Shown here piece by piece: positions 1-10,921 of a stretch of DNA of 64,000 nt. The notes below the pieces were generated by a model. The model was not told the DNA's origin, searched no databases, and was given only the letters and a program-made list of their open reading frames with translations. Source of the DNA: a candidate division WOR-3 bacterium (GTDB taxonomy: Bacteria > Hydrothermota > Hydrothermia > Hydrothermales > JAJRUZ01); assembly GCA_024277525.1 (NCBI GenBank), contig JAJRUZ010000008.1, forward strand, positions 20,091-84,090, in the 5' to 3' direction. The position numbers were made by a program, and so were the translations under genes. Every line of letters begins with the position of its first letter. Position 1 is the first letter of the stretch.

Positions 1-1076
1 CCTGTTTAAGAATATCTTCAATATTTTTCATATAAGAACCCATGAATTTTTCAACAATTTGTTCGGAAGGGAAAGCTTCCTTTCGCGGGGCACCCCATGG
101 CTTCTGCTCTATGACTCTCCCCTCTTTTACCTTTACCTTTTCAACTTCAGTTCTTTTAAAAATATTAATATAGGAATAAGCAGGTCTCTTAACTGCCTTC
201 TTTCTTCTCACATATTTCCTCTTAGGCGGGGGATTGTATTTTTTCAATAAATCAAGAGCGGTTAAGGGCGGCTCTATCAAAGTATCCTCACCCGGTACTT
301 TTATTTCCCTTACGGACCTCAATGCAAGACGAATATCCGCAATTTTATCAAGTAATGCTATTTCTTTTGCAATATCCTTGGGTACAGCAAGTGTAACAGA
401 GGAAACTTGTTCCGTTCCCGTTATTTCCGGCAGTTTTTCAAGAAATCCCTTTTTCTTAGCCTGAAAGGTAGGAGGAAGGGCAAGCATAGACTTTCCCACC
501 GCCAAAACCCTTAATCCCTTATATGTAATTGTGGTGAAAGAAGAAAATTTCCCTGCTGTTCTGTAAAGACCAGGACTCCTCAAATATTTTTTTATTTCAC
601 TTTCGGGAATAAATCTCCTTATCTCCTCGGTAGAGAAGGTAGCAATTACATCCACTTCATCACCGGGTAATATCAGTCCTCCTACACCCGAAACTTCATC
701 AACATGAATTGTAATTGCTCTGTATCCTTCCGGAATAAAGGATGAAAGAACGGTCCATGTTGTAAGCGGAATCAGAAGGTTTTTTGTAATCTGCTCTCCC
801 TTTTTTATATCAGTGATTGCAACAAGTCCTATCACATCTTCAATTCTTGTCACTGCAAGAGGCTCAATGTAAGGCTTCGGTATTTTCTGATACTCAAGCA
901 AATCCTCTGTTATAATTGTTCTTGCAGGAATGTCTTTTCTTGCTACCAAAACACTCTCAGGAGCAGCTTTCATCAATACCTTTCTTTCAACATCCTGAAG
1001 ATAGCTTATGAGTAAAAGGGAAGCAATGCCCGCAAGGGCAAAAGCAATTAAAAGCCTTCTTACATTTGGTCTCATT
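1..1076 (-). CDS. cpaB: Flp pilus assembly protein CpaB/RcpC (SAF domain), partial. ATG at 1076-1074; the ORF runs off the window start.
   Basis: Hand translation of the reverse complement gives a continuous ORF of more than 358 aa (MRPNVRRLLIAFALAGIASLLL...) with an N-terminal TM helix and the SAF-like motif VLVARKDIPARTIITEDLLE. It lies at the distal end of the tad locus. Confidence 0.6.
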
Positions 1077-1078
1077 TT

Positions 1079-3652
1079 TTAACCTCCTTTATAAATCTCA
1101 AGACCATAAGTATCCGAAATTAAATAATAGTCTCCCATTTTATTAACATCCTGAGCATTACCCGGGGTATCAATATGATTCAAATATGAAACATCCCCGT
1201 TTTCTTTTATCTCATATTCAATAACTCCGTATGCACCGCATATTGCAAACAACCTGTCTCCGAGGACTTTAAGTCTGTAAACAGGAAAACCCGGGTTAAT
1301 TCTCTTTCTTATCCTCGGAAAATGAGGAATACTCATATCAATCACTGCTAAACCTTCGTCTCCGAGGGCAAGGTAAGCGATTTTATTAAATGTCTCAATA
1401 TCAAGAATAGGCACATCAAATTCCGTAAGCTGGGAAATCTGCGAAAATACACCTCCCCTTAGGTCAAATACCCTAAGGGCTCCTGTTCTATCTCCTGCAA
1501 GAAGAAAGGAATTTTCAAGGACATCTATGGTAAGCACATCTCCTTTTATTCTTGTAAAAAATTTGGGATTTTTCTCTGAGATAAGTTCAAAAACTTCTAT
1601 TCCTCCCTCAAGATTTGCTGTAATTAAAAATCTTCCGACCCTTAATATATCGTATGTAGAGCCCTCCTGAGGTCTGTGTTCAAAAAACATCTTCGGTGAG
1701 TAAATATTTGAAACATCTATTCCCAATATTCCCGATGAACCCCCTGCAATATACAATATTTTAGCATCTCTTATGGGTAAAGCCCTGTATAATTCTCCGT
1801 ATGTCAGATAATAAGAAATCTCGGTAGGAGTTTCAAATCTGTAAAATCTGAAAGTCTCTATATAACCCTTCTCACCTACAAATATTCCGTCTTCGGAAAA
1901 GTCTAAGGATCTTATAATTTTCTTCGTTCTGATACTGTTTGTAAACTCGGGAACATCTTTCCCAACAAAGTATATAAAAATTCTGTCCCTTTTACCGTAT
2001 AAAAATATATAAGGATATTTGATATCAACAAAATATATGGATTCGGGTAAATCAATCTCATGTTTAAGAGCACCGGTTGTAATAGAATATACTTTTAATT
2101 TATTGCTTCCATCCGTTACATAGAAATTATTCTTTCCCACAACAAAATCACTCACAGGCGGTTTGAGTGATGCTATTCTATTCAAGTTTGCAAGTGTCTT
2201 TTCAAATTTATAAATCTTGCCCCTTATATCACAGATAAAGATTTCAGAGCCCCTTATTGAATAAAGTATCGGAGTAATATTTATTTTGTGTTCAATAATT
2301 TTTCCATCCAGGTCATAGATAAAGATACCGTTTTCCTGAAGTGCTCCGAACTTCTCTCCTAAGTTGAAAAGTTTAAAAACTTTTGCTTCTGTATTGATAT
2401 CAAAGTAAAAATTAAATGCACCGTTTTCGTATTTCAAACCTATAATCCCTTTATCCGTTGCCACAAAAATTTTATCTTTTACACTGATTATATCATTCAG
2501 TTTTCCTTCAATGGGATAAAAACCTTTTATAACCCCGACATCTTTTTGTGAAAGAATCCAGAAACCTCCTTCCCTTATTGCAGCCAAAACATTATCTTTA
2601 AATTTTAATATCCTGATAAATGTTCCTGAGAGGGGAACCTCTTTTTCTTTTTCCGGATTAAAAGGGGAGAAGAAGGAAATGAATCTGACACCCAATAATG
2701 GGTCGAGAAGATAAAGAACTTCTTTACTCATCACACCCGCGGAAACCAAGGAACCGAAACCTCCTATTGTTTTAATTTCTTCAAGGGAAGGAGTTTTGAG
2801 AACCGATATACCTGCTCTCCCGACAGACACTATAAGGATATTTCCGATTGCATTAAAATCATTTATCTGACCGATAAGCTGGGCACTTGAAACAACCTTA
2901 AAATCAGGATATCTCAGAAGATATAACCTTCCGTCCTCTGTTCCTGCATACACCTGAGACCCGTAAACCTGAAGACCCGTTATTATATCCTCGGGTATAA
3001 TTTCTTTTAAAACTTGTATAAAGGGCTGGGAAAATTTGCCGAGGTAAAGACCACCATCCCTTTTTCCGAATATTATGAGTGTATCAATAGCAAAGTATTT
3101 GGTTATCTTTTCGGGAAAGAAAAATTGATTTGTAAGTTTAATCTCTCCGCCTTTGAAAAATTTAATCTGAGCGAGAACAGAATCAGAAAGGAGAGCATAC
3201 AACCCTTGAGGTGCAATCTGAACAGAAGAAATGGGAAGGTCTAATTTAAGCTCCCCTTTTGACTTCACATTTTCTCCTTTAACCTCAAATATAGAAATAT
3301 ACCCATCTGATCTTCCCACATATATATAGGGTGGGATTGAAATAATTGATGTAGCATTTTTAACCTTTATTGTTTTCTTTTTTTCTTCGTCTTTTAAAGA
3401 GTAAACAATGACTCCTTCCTGTGAATCCAGAATATAAAGATAGTCACCTATAACCGTTAAGTCAAGGGAAATACCATCCGTAGGTATTTCAAGTTCTGTA
3501 AAAGGCTCAAGTGCATTTTCAACATTTATAACAGTAACTCCCCTTTGGGACACTTCAAATATATAATTACCGGACTGAACTGCTTTTATATAATCGCCCC
3601 CGGTTAAAGTTGATATGGTCTGTGCTATGAAAAACATCAAGAGCATATTCAT
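1079..3652 (-). CDS. Secreted repeat protein (signal peptide plus beta-propeller-like blades) at the tad locus.
   Basis: 857-aa ORF with an N-terminal hydrophobic signal (MNMLLMFFIAQTISTLTGG) and recurring blade-like segments (GYISIFEV, GRLYLLRY, YVTDGSNKLKVY). Confidence 0.45.
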   Translation of the reverse strand: MNMLLMFFIAQTISTLTGGDYIKAVQSGNYIFEVSQRGVTVINVENALEPFTELEIPTDGISLDLTVIGDYLYILDSQEGVIVYSLKDEEKKKTIKVKNATSIISIPPYIYVGRSDGYISIFEVKGENVKSKGELKLDLPISSVQIAPQGLYALLSDSVLAQIKFFKGGEIKLTNQFFFPEKITKYFAIDTLIIFGKRDGGLYLGKFSQPFIQVLKEIIPEDIITGLQVYGSQVYAGTEDGRLYLLRYPDFKVVSSAQLIGQINDFNAIGNILIVSVGRAGISVLKTPSLEEIKTIGGFGSLVSAGVMSKEVLYLLDPLLGVRFISFFSPFNPEKEKEVPLSGTFIRILKFKDNVLAAIREGGFWILSQKDVGVIKGFYPIEGKLNDIISVKDKIFVATDKGIIGLKYENGAFNFYFDINTEAKVFKLFNLGEKFGALQENGIFIYDLDGKIIEHKINITPILYSIRGSEIFICDIRGKIYKFEKTLANLNRIASLKPPVSDFVVGKNNFYVTDGSNKLKVYSITTGALKHEIDLPESIYFVDIKYPYIFLYGKRDRIFIYFVGKDVPEFTNSIRTKKIIRSLDFSEDGIFVGEKGYIETFRFYRFETPTEISYYLTYGELYRALPIRDAKILYIAGGSSGILGIDVSNIYSPKMFFEHRPQEGSTYDILRVGRFLITANLEGGIEVFELISEKNPKFFTRIKGDVLTIDVLENSFLLAGDRTGALRVFDLRGGVFSQISQLTEFDVPILDIETFNKIAYLALGDEGLAVIDMSIPHFPRIRKRINPGFPVYRLKVLGDRLFAICGAYGVIEYEIKENGDVSYLNHIDTPGNAQDVNKMGDYYLISDTYGLEIYKGG

Positions 3653-3653
3653 T

Positions 3654-4934
3654 TTACACCTCCTTTTTTTGTCTTAAATAAAGGGCAAGTATGCCTTCGT
3701 TTAATTTTGCCTTTTCACAGATGAATCTAAAATCTTCCCTAACTTTTTTTATTTCTTCACGGGTTTTTGAATTTACTATCTCTTTACTTATTTCTTCGAA
3801 TTTTTCCCATCTAAAGAAATTACCTGTAACTAATAAGAATTTGTCTTCAAAATCAACCTCAAAGTATTTAAGACCGAAATTTTTTGTTCTGAAATCGTAA
3901 AAATTACCCGGTTCAAATACATTGATAAGTTCTCCGTTTCTTATTCTGAATAATATATGGTCTCCGAATGAAGCACCTTTTACTTTATTCTCACCCTGAT
4001 CAAAGAATAAGATTGAGCCCTCTACAACACCTTCTCCTATATTTATTTTGGAAAACTCCCGGGTCAAACCCTGAAGAATCACATAAGGGTCTTCTTCGGT
4101 AAAAAGGTTTCTATCCAGATAAGAGTTTATAAAAGGGAATAAGATTGACCAATTGTATCCACCGCTTATAACCTGAAAACTCATTATACCCCATTTTTCG
4201 GGTGAAATTCTGAAAATTTTATAAAATAGGTTCGGTATTTTACCTTTTTCATAAAACTCATATATTTCCCAACTTTCGGGTTTATATCCTCCGGATTCCG
4301 GTATAAGAGAAGAAACATAATCCGAAAAATGAGGAGGTGAATAACTCACTTTTCTTTCTTCCGGGGTTGACAGAAACACAACTATTGCAGAAAGAAAAAG
4401 AAAGAGAGCAGATAAAGCAATTACAAAAAGAAAAAGAATTCTCCTTAAAGCATCCTTTCCTTCAAGTAAAGAGCCGGGTATCATGGACATGTAAACATAT
4501 CCCAATGTATCACCCAGGGTTGATAGGGCGGATTTAAAAACATATACTTTGTTCCCTTTTATTTTGAATTCATAACTTTTTAAATCAAAAGGGGCATCTT
4601 CCGGTAATTTGAATTTGGTCAAAATATTTTCGGTATTCGTATGAGCAATTATGGTTTTATCTTTTTGTATCAATGCTATTTCTTCTATTTCCCTATTTTC
4701 TTTTTTAATTCTGTAAATTATAGAATTCATTGTCATATCATCGCCTGTTTCCCAAGGAACTTTTATACTCTCTATTAAGCTGTTTGTAATGGCTCTTGCA
4801 AAATTTTCGGCATCCTTTGAAAGCCAACTGTATGTCTCATTCAAAATCCATCTTCCGAAAAAGTAAAGAAGAATAATCAGAAAAACCACGGAAATACTTA
4901 TACCGGTGATAATGAACCTTCTCCTGTTCATCAC
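3654..4934 (-). CDS. Membrane protein of the tad locus, unknown function (N-terminal TM, second TM mid-protein).
   Basis: 426-aa ORF in operon context; hydrophobic segments at about aa 8-28 and 165-190. Confidence 0.4.
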   Translation of the reverse strand: MMNRRRFIITGISISVVFLIILLYFFGRWILNETYSWLSKDAENFARAITNSLIESIKVPWETGDDMTMNSIIYRIKKENREIEEIALIQKDKTIIAHTNTENILTKFKLPEDAPFDLKSYEFKIKGNKVYVFKSALSTLGDTLGYVYMSMIPGSLLEGKDALRRILFLFVIALSALFLFLSAIVVFLSTPEERKVSYSPPHFSDYVSSLIPESGGYKPESWEIYEFYEKGKIPNLFYKIFRISPEKWGIMSFQVISGGYNWSILFPFINSYLDRNLFTEEDPYVILQGLTREFSKINIGEGVVEGSILFFDQGENKVKGASFGDHILFRIRNGELINVFEPGNFYDFRTKNFGLKYFEVDFEDKFLLVTGNFFRWEKFEEISKEIVNSKTREEIKKVREDFRFICEKAKLNEGILALYLRQKKEV

Positions 4935-5692
4935 CTTCTCCTCCTGAGTCTTTCTTCAACAACCGCAAGATTTCTTCTTACTTTTGTATTTTGGGGGTCA
5001 AGCCGCAGTATTTCACGAAAGACACTTCTGGCTTCTTCCAATTTCCCCTCGCTGTAAAGGGTTATACCTCTTTTGTAAAGTTCCTGAATTTTCGCTTTTA
5101 CATCTTCAACCTTTACTTCTTTTTTCTCCTTTTTGACTACTTTCGGAACCTTCTTTATCACCACCTTCTTTTTAACTTTTTCTTTCTTTACCACTTTCGG
5201 AATTTTTTTGTAATAATAATTTATCTTTTGATCTATTTCAGGATAAGCGGGATATACCTCCTTAATATCCAGACAAATCTTATAAGCAAGGGAGTAATTC
5301 CTTGTTCTCTCTGCTTTATTTAAAGAAAAATACAATTTTCTCAGAGTGTCAATGGTCCACATGCATTTCTGATAAAAATTCATTACATCGGGTTCATAAT
5401 AGAATTTCTCATACAGGAGTTTAATAAAATAAAGGGCGGAATCAAGTTCTCCGGATGTATAATTGGAAACAGCCTTTTCAAATAATTTTTTATCCAGATT
5501 TTCCCTGTTTAATTCTATATATCTATCCGCACTGAAAAGCAATTTTTCCCTTACCGGATTGTTTTCAGGATTTTCCTGCAGAAGTTCCGAATAAGTGGTA
5601 AGGGCATTTTTATAATCAGCGAGTTCCATATATAACTCGCCTTTTCTTTCCAGTCCCTGAGATATAATTATTAAAAAAATTAAGTATTTCAT
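4931..5692 (-). CDS. tadD: TPR-repeat protein, TadD-like, with a lysine-rich KKEK tract. Likely start MKYLIFLII, internal to the listed ORF.
   Basis: TPR-like helices (YSELLQENPENNPVREKLLF, ARSVFREILRLDPQN), a signal-peptide-like N-terminus, and position after tadC. Confidence 0.45.
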   Translation of the reverse strand: MKYLIFLIIISQGLERKGELYMELADYKNALTTYSELLQENPENNPVREKLLFSADRYIELNRENLDKKLFEKAVSNYTSGELDSALYFIKLLYEKFYYEPDVMNFYQKCMWTIDTLRKLYFSLNKAERTRNYSLAYKICLDIKEVYPAYPEIDQKINYYYKKIPKVVKKEKVKKKVVIKKVPKVVKKEKKEVKVEDVKAKIQELYKRGITLYSEGKLEEARSVFREILRLDPQNTKVRRNLAVVEERLRRRR

Positions 5693-5693
5693 T

Positions 5694-6599
5694 TTACATC
5701 CCTCCTCCGTAAAGTAAATATAAAACAAAAGGACCGAATAAAATTATAAAGATCGTCGGCAAAATTAAAAGAATTGTCGGGATAACAATCAAAACAGGTG
5801 TTTTTGCTGCCTTTTCCTCCGCTTGGTCCCATCTTTTCAGTCTTACCTCTTCCGCCAATGTTGCAAGTGTCTGGGTTATGGGGGCACCCAGTTCTTCTCC
5901 GTGTGCAATTGTTATTGCCACAAGTGTTAAATCCGGGTGTTGCGTTCTTTCCGCCAGGTCCCTGAGTGCCTGAGATCTTTTTTTACCGAGTCTTAACTCG
6001 GAAAGCATAAGTGAAAATTCTTCCTTTAAGGGACAGGGATGCATTGATTCGGTCACATATTGAAGGGCTGCATTAAATCCCAAGTCAGCCTGAACAGCAG
6101 TATTTAATTGATCAAGAGCATCCCCTAAATCTTTTTGAATTAAATAATGTCTTTTTTTGATCTCTCCGGATAAATTTATGTCTTTAAAAAAGAAACCGAT
6201 AAAAAGAAATACAAGGGAAAGAACAAGAGAAAAAGAGAAAGGAGCAGAGAATATTATAGTAAGAATTAAAAAGCTTATCATAAATAACACAAATCCGGAG
6301 ACAACCTTTTCTGTTAAAACCGCATCTATGCTCTTTCCCCTTTCACCCGCCATTTCCATTTTCATTTCCAGTGTTTTTAAATAATCCTCCGGAATAAACC
6401 TTTTTATACCCTTAACCACAAACTCAAAAAGAGGAGCAAGGGCAGAGACTATTTTGGATGCGAATTCAATCCTTGCTCTCCTCCTTCTTAACCTCTCAAG
6501 ACGGGATGAAATTGCGACTTCTTCGGGTGAGGGCAAAAAGGCAAGAACCAAATAATACACTGCAACAAAAGACAATATAAATACAAGTAATATTATCAT
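5694..6599 (-). CDS. tadC: Tight-adherence protein TadC (T2SS-F domain).
   Basis: 301-aa polytopic membrane protein, paralogous to the upstream TadB-like ORF, with a GspF-like cytoplasmic domain. Confidence 0.6.
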   Translation of the reverse strand: MIILLVFILSFVAVYYLVLAFLPSPEEVAISSRLERLRRRRARIEFASKIVSALAPLFEFVVKGIKRFIPEDYLKTLEMKMEMAGERGKSIDAVLTEKVVSGFVLFMISFLILTIIFSAPFSFSLVLSLVFLFIGFFFKDINLSGEIKKRHYLIQKDLGDALDQLNTAVQADLGFNAALQYVTESMHPCPLKEEFSLMLSELRLGKKRSQALRDLAERTQHPDLTLVAITIAHGEELGAPITQTLATLAEEVRLKRWDQAEEKAAKTPVLIVIPTILLILPTIFIILFGPFVLYLLYGGGM

Positions 6600-7432
6600 A
6601 TCTCTATTGTAATTATTTTTTTAATCCACAATGCAGCAATTAAGTCAAGTAAAAAAGCAACAAAGAGCATTATTATCCCCACTATGGTTTCCAGCATGGG
6701 GGCAAAAAGTTCGGGTTGCATGAGCCTCAAAAGAATTAAAAGAAAAAGGGGAAGAAGTGTTAAAACGATTGCTGATAATTTACCTTCAGCGGTAAGTGTA
6801 TCTATTCTTCTTTTAAGTCTTCTTCTTGCTTTTATCGTATCAGCAATACCTGATAAAACATCAACAAGTGAACCGCCCGTTTTTCTCTGCAAAAGAACTG
6901 CACTTGTAAAAATTTTAAGCTCCCTTGAGGGAATTCTATCTTGTAAATGTGAAAGTGCTTCATCAAGCGGGACACCGAGGGAAACCTCATCAAGCACCCT
7001 CTTGAATTCCGTAGAAATCGGATTAGGCATCTGTTGTGTTACAATTTTCAAACAGTGACTGAAACCGAGTCCTGCCTTTAATCCACTCACAATCAACCTT
7101 AAAGCCTCCTCAAGCTGGTCATTAAACTTTTCTATCCATTTATTCCTTATTGTATAAGCATATTGAGGGAAAAATGCTATTATAACTATTGCTCCGAGAG
7201 CTATAATAAATATTTTCATTCCCAAACCCTTTCCGAGAAACAAATAAGTCAAAATCGCAAATCCGAATAAAGCACGCAATTCAAGTAAAATAAAATTTTT
7301 AACGGGGTAATCCGATGGTTCAAGTTTTTTAGCAATACTTTTTATATAATAAATGAAAAAGTCCTCCAAGAAAATTATTATCATGTATATAGCAAATATT
7401 ATTGAAAGAATTATTAATACAATCTTCACCAT
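6596..7432 (-). CDS. tadB: Tight-adherence protein TadB (T2SS-F domain).
   Basis: 278-aa membrane protein with a T2SSF-like domain, directly downstream of the CpaF ATPase. Confidence 0.6.
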   Translation of the reverse strand: MVKIVLIILSIIFAIYMIIIFLEDFFIYYIKSIAKKLEPSDYPVKNFILLELRALFGFAILTYLFLGKGLGMKIFIIALGAIVIIAFFPQYAYTIRNKWIEKFNDQLEEALRLIVSGLKAGLGFSHCLKIVTQQMPNPISTEFKRVLDEVSLGVPLDEALSHLQDRIPSRELKIFTSAVLLQRKTGGSLVDVLSGIADTIKARRRLKRRIDTLTAEGKLSAIVLTLLPLFLLILLRLMQPELFAPMLETIVGIIMLFVAFLLDLIAALWIKKIITIEI

Positions 7433-9618
7433 ACCTTTTCCTCCACTCCCTTATAATATATATCCTGCGGGATTTTAAGACCTTTAATCTCAAACTCTTC
7501 ATGAACTTTCGGTCTTATCCCTGCTCCGACAAATTTCCCTATTATCTCACCCTTTTCACTCACCCCCTCCTGTTTGAAATAGAATATGTCTTGCATTGTA
7601 ATAATATTTCCTTCCATTCCCGTAATTTCGGAAATTTTTGTTACCCTTCTTTTTCCATCCCTCATTCTTTGAGTAAATACTATAAAGTCAATTGCTGATG
7701 CAATATAATTCCTTATTGCTGAGACAGGTAATTCGGTTCCTGCCATCAAAACCATTGTCTCCAGTCTTGAAAGTGTATCACGTGGAGAATTAGCGTGAAC
7801 CGTGGTTAATGAACCTTCGTGACCGGTATTCATTGCCTGAAGCATGTCAAGTGCCTCACCTCCTCTACACTCACCCACAATTATTCTATCCGGTCTCATC
7901 CTCAAACAGTTTTTTACAAGGTCCCTTATCGTAATCTCACCTTTGCCTTCAATATTAGGGGGCCTTGCTTCGAGTCTTACAACATGAGGTTGCTGTAATC
8001 TTAATTCTGCGGTATCTTCAACCGTCACAATTCTTTCATCTTCCGGTATAAAAGAGGATAAAACATTTAAAAGGGTTGTTTTACCGGAGCCTGTTCCACC
8101 TGCCACAATTATATTCTTCTTTGCTATAACACATGCCTTTAAAAACTCAACCATAAAATCGGCAATAGAGCCAAAATTTATAAGATCCTGATAGGAAAAA
8201 GGCTCTTTTCTGAATTTTCTTATGGTTATTGTAGGACCATCGATTGATACAGGGGGCAAAGTGATATTTACCCTTGAGCCATCAGGCAATCTTGCATCAC
8301 ATAAGGGATTTGCCTCATCAACCCTTCTTCCTATCGGTGATACAATTCTTTCTATCACAAGGCGCAACTGTGTCTCATTAAAGAATTTTCTATCGGTTAA
8401 ATAAATCTTCCCTCTTTTCTCTACATAAATTTTGTCCACCGCATTAACCATTATTTCGGTAATTTCAGGGTCTGCAAGCAGGTCTTCAAGCGGTCCGAGC
8501 CCCAGTATCTCCTTTATCATATCCTCTACAAATTTTTTCCTCACTTCCTGTGTAGGAAAAGGAATATCAAATTCGTCAAGTTTCTCTATAATGAGCCGTT
8601 CAACCTTTTTTCTTATTTCCTCTTTTTGAGCAGGAGAATCTACGGTTGCGGACAATTCGCCTGAAAGGGTCATCTCCTTTATTATATGAGCATGAATGAG
8701 TCCTTTAATCTCATGCGGAACTTCCTCCAGCTTTTCTTCAATCTCTATTTTGGCTTTTTCCATTAATTTTTCTTTTCTCTCATCAATAATTTCCTCCTTC
8801 TTTTCTTCTTCTTTTACCTCTTTTTCCTCTTTTTTCTTTCTCCTGAAAATTGAGAAGAAGTCTTTTTTGGTTTCTTTCCTTTTTCTTAAAATATCCTCCC
8901 TTTTTATTTCTCCTTCAATAAACTTGCAGATCTCTTTTATTTTTTCTTTAAAAACAGAGGAGAGTTTATCCTTACCTGCATCAAAGCCCAGGTCCACAAT
9001 CTGATTCACACTCTCGTCTTCGGGTAAAATAAAAAGTGCTTCTTTCTCAATAATTTCTTCAATTTCATTTAAAGGAATCCCTTCTTCTTTGTAAGAATTT
9101 ATGATAAATTCAATCTTCTGAGGGGGGTAATACCTCAATTTAAATACTTCTCTCAAATTTTTGGATTGTGCTATGGATAAAAAGTCATTTTTTAAAACAA
9201 CAAAAATGGTATCGGTAATATCAAGGAAATTCAAAACTTTTTCATCAACAATATGACCGCAGTCAAAGATTACATATTCATAATCATTTTCAACTTTTTT
9301 CAAAAAAGGGGGAACCATTTCATATTCCTTATCCCAGTTTTCTCCTGTTTTTGAAAATATAAGATGAAGTTTTGATGGATAAGAAGAATAAGGATAAATA
9401 TATTCTCCTCTGAATTTCTTATCTTTTTTAAAGGATGAAAGGGCTTCCCTTAAAGTTTTCCTTATTTCTGCTCCGAAAATGTAAGATAAATCTCCGTGAT
9501 TCTCTGCTTCAATTAAAAGGACATTTTTTTTATTCTGAGCCAATTCATACGACACAAGTGAGGCTAAGATTGATGTTCCGACACCTCCTTTTGTGCCAAT
9601 AAATGCAAATCTTTTCAT
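7426..9618 (-). CDS. cpaEF: Fused CpaE/TadZ-like ParA-type ATPase (N-terminal) and CpaF/TadA secretion ATPase (C-terminal).
   Basis: The N-terminus has the deviant Walker A of MinD/ParA/CpaE (FIGTKGGVGTS). A K/E-rich linker follows. The C-terminus has the VirB11/CpaF core: Walker A GGTGSGKTT, RLEARPPNIEGKGEITIRDLVKNCLRMRPDRIIVGECRG, and TGHEGSLTTVHANS. Confidence 0.8.
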   Translation of the reverse strand: MKRFAFIGTKGGVGTSILASLVSYELAQNKKNVLLIEAENHGDLSYIFGAEIRKTLREALSSFKKDKKFRGEYIYPYSSYPSKLHLIFSKTGENWDKEYEMVPPFLKKVENDYEYVIFDCGHIVDEKVLNFLDITDTIFVVLKNDFLSIAQSKNLREVFKLRYYPPQKIEFIINSYKEEGIPLNEIEEIIEKEALFILPEDESVNQIVDLGFDAGKDKLSSVFKEKIKEICKFIEGEIKREDILRKRKETKKDFFSIFRRKKKEEKEVKEEEKKEEIIDERKEKLMEKAKIEIEEKLEEVPHEIKGLIHAHIIKEMTLSGELSATVDSPAQKEEIRKKVERLIIEKLDEFDIPFPTQEVRKKFVEDMIKEILGLGPLEDLLADPEITEIMVNAVDKIYVEKRGKIYLTDRKFFNETQLRLVIERIVSPIGRRVDEANPLCDARLPDGSRVNITLPPVSIDGPTITIRKFRKEPFSYQDLINFGSIADFMVEFLKACVIAKKNIIVAGGTGSGKTTLLNVLSSFIPEDERIVTVEDTAELRLQQPHVVRLEARPPNIEGKGEITIRDLVKNCLRMRPDRIIVGECRGGEALDMLQAMNTGHEGSLTTVHANSPRDTLSRLETMVLMAGTELPVSAIRNYIASAIDFIVFTQRMRDGKRRVTKISEITGMEGNIITMQDIFYFKQEGVSEKGEIIGKFVGAGIRPKVHEEFEIKGLKIPQDIYYKGVEEKVW

Positions 9619-9622
9619 TGCT

Positions 9623-10921
9623 TCATTGTGTTTCTTTTAAGGTTTCAAGTACATAAAAATCATTTGTATAAGGATCCCAGAAGGCTTCAAGTCCTATACT
9701 TTCAAAAAAGGAGAAAGGAACATAGATTACCCCGTTTTCAACCTTTACTTCTGGTCTTATAGGATAAGCAACTCCGTCTCTTTCTATGGTAGAAGTTTCA
9801 ACGGAAAGATAAGTTTTCTTTTTCCCGAATTTAACCTCTGCCAGCTTTCCTTCCTCAACCCATTCATAGTCAATATTCAGTCTTTCTTTAAAGACCTTTG
9901 AGAGCTCAAAGTAAATTGTTCCATCAAAGGATTTGGTAGGAATATAGAAATCTTCCCTCTTCTCACCCCTGAAAATATGAATCTCTGCCGCCCCCCTTTC
10001 ATAAGGGATTACATAAGGTGTAACTATAAATACTAAGTCTTTTATCACATCGTCGTGTTTTATTCTCGTAAAAAACAACTTTCCGAGTATAGGAATTTTA
10101 CCCAGAATAGGAATTGAGGAGCGAAACTCTTGTTTTGTTTTTTTAATGAGCCCGCCTATTAATATGCTTTCTCCCGGAAAAACCTTTACCTCAACTTTTG
10201 CGTTATTTTTTCTTATTGCAGGAACAATGTATCCCCCGAAATTGACAGCATTTGTCCAATCAAGGTCAGAAACTTCTGGTTCAAGGTCCAACACAATGTG
10301 CCCCTCATCATCAAGCTTAGCCTTCAATTTCAACTTCACACCGTACTCCTTCCATTCTATACTTGCGGTTCCCATTGCTTGAGCTGTAATAATCGGTATT
10401 TCTCCGCCACTCAAAAATTCGGATGTTTTATCTTCAAGGACTACCAATGTAGGGTGTGATAAAATCTTAAGAAACCCTTTCTCTTCAAGAAAATGTAAGG
10501 TGCTTGAAAGATTGGTAATTCTTTTAATAGGACCTATATCAAGGGGATAAGTTTGAGGAATATTACCTTCTTCAAACCCTAATTCTTTCATCCAGTCCCA
10601 TCCATAGTCGCTATTATATGTCCTTTCCACCTCCAGGACCCACACATCCGCTCTTATTGTTTTAGGCTGGTAGAATTGGAGAGGGTCCCTTTTTTTAATT
10701 ACACATTCAATTTCCTGTTCTCCTTTATCCGTGAAAATAATTATATTTGTAACACCTTCCTTCATCGCATTAAGTAATACTTCCCTATCTGAAAGAAGAC
10801 GCATTCCCAGAATATCAGGATTACCTACTGCTACACTCTTTACAGGTCTTACAAATTTCAAAAGTTTGGAATATCCCTCATGTAAAAGGAGATAAGAGAA
10901 TAAGAAAATTTTAAGTATCAT
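9623..10921 (-). CDS. cpaC: Secretin (CpaC/RcpA family) with a C-terminal extension.
   Basis: Conserved secretin C-domain motif (SSIPILGKIPILGKLF...DLVFIVTPYVI) and an N-terminal signal. Confidence 0.75.
   Translation of the reverse strand: MILKIFLFSYLLLHEGYSKLLKFVRPVKSVAVGNPDILGMRLLSDREVLLNAMKEGVTNIIIFTDKGEQEIECVIKKRDPLQFYQPKTIRADVWVLEVERTYNSDYGWDWMKELGFEEGNIPQTYPLDIGPIKRITNLSSTLHFLEEKGFLKILSHPTLVVLEDKTSEFLSGGEIPIITAQAMGTASIEWKEYGVKLKLKAKLDDEGHIVLDLEPEVSDLDWTNAVNFGGYIVPAIRKNNAKVEVKVFPGESILIGGLIKKTKQEFRSSIPILGKIPILGKLFFTRIKHDDVIKDLVFIVTPYVIPYERGAAEIHIFRGEKREDFYIPTKSFDGTIYFELSKVFKERLNIDYEWVEEGKLAEVKFGKKKTYLSVETSTIERDGVAYPIRPEVKVENGVIYVPFSFFESIGLEAFWDPYTNDFYVLETLKETQ

Noticed and set aside
59-464. 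Plus-strand ORFs 59..250 and 234..464
   Set aside because: They lie antisense within the continuous CpaB coding region, and their low-complexity composition is typical of shadow ORFs. The same applies to the many other antisense ORFs in the track (for example 11467..11649, 11698..12282, 12990..13469, 20050..20406, 54231..54440).
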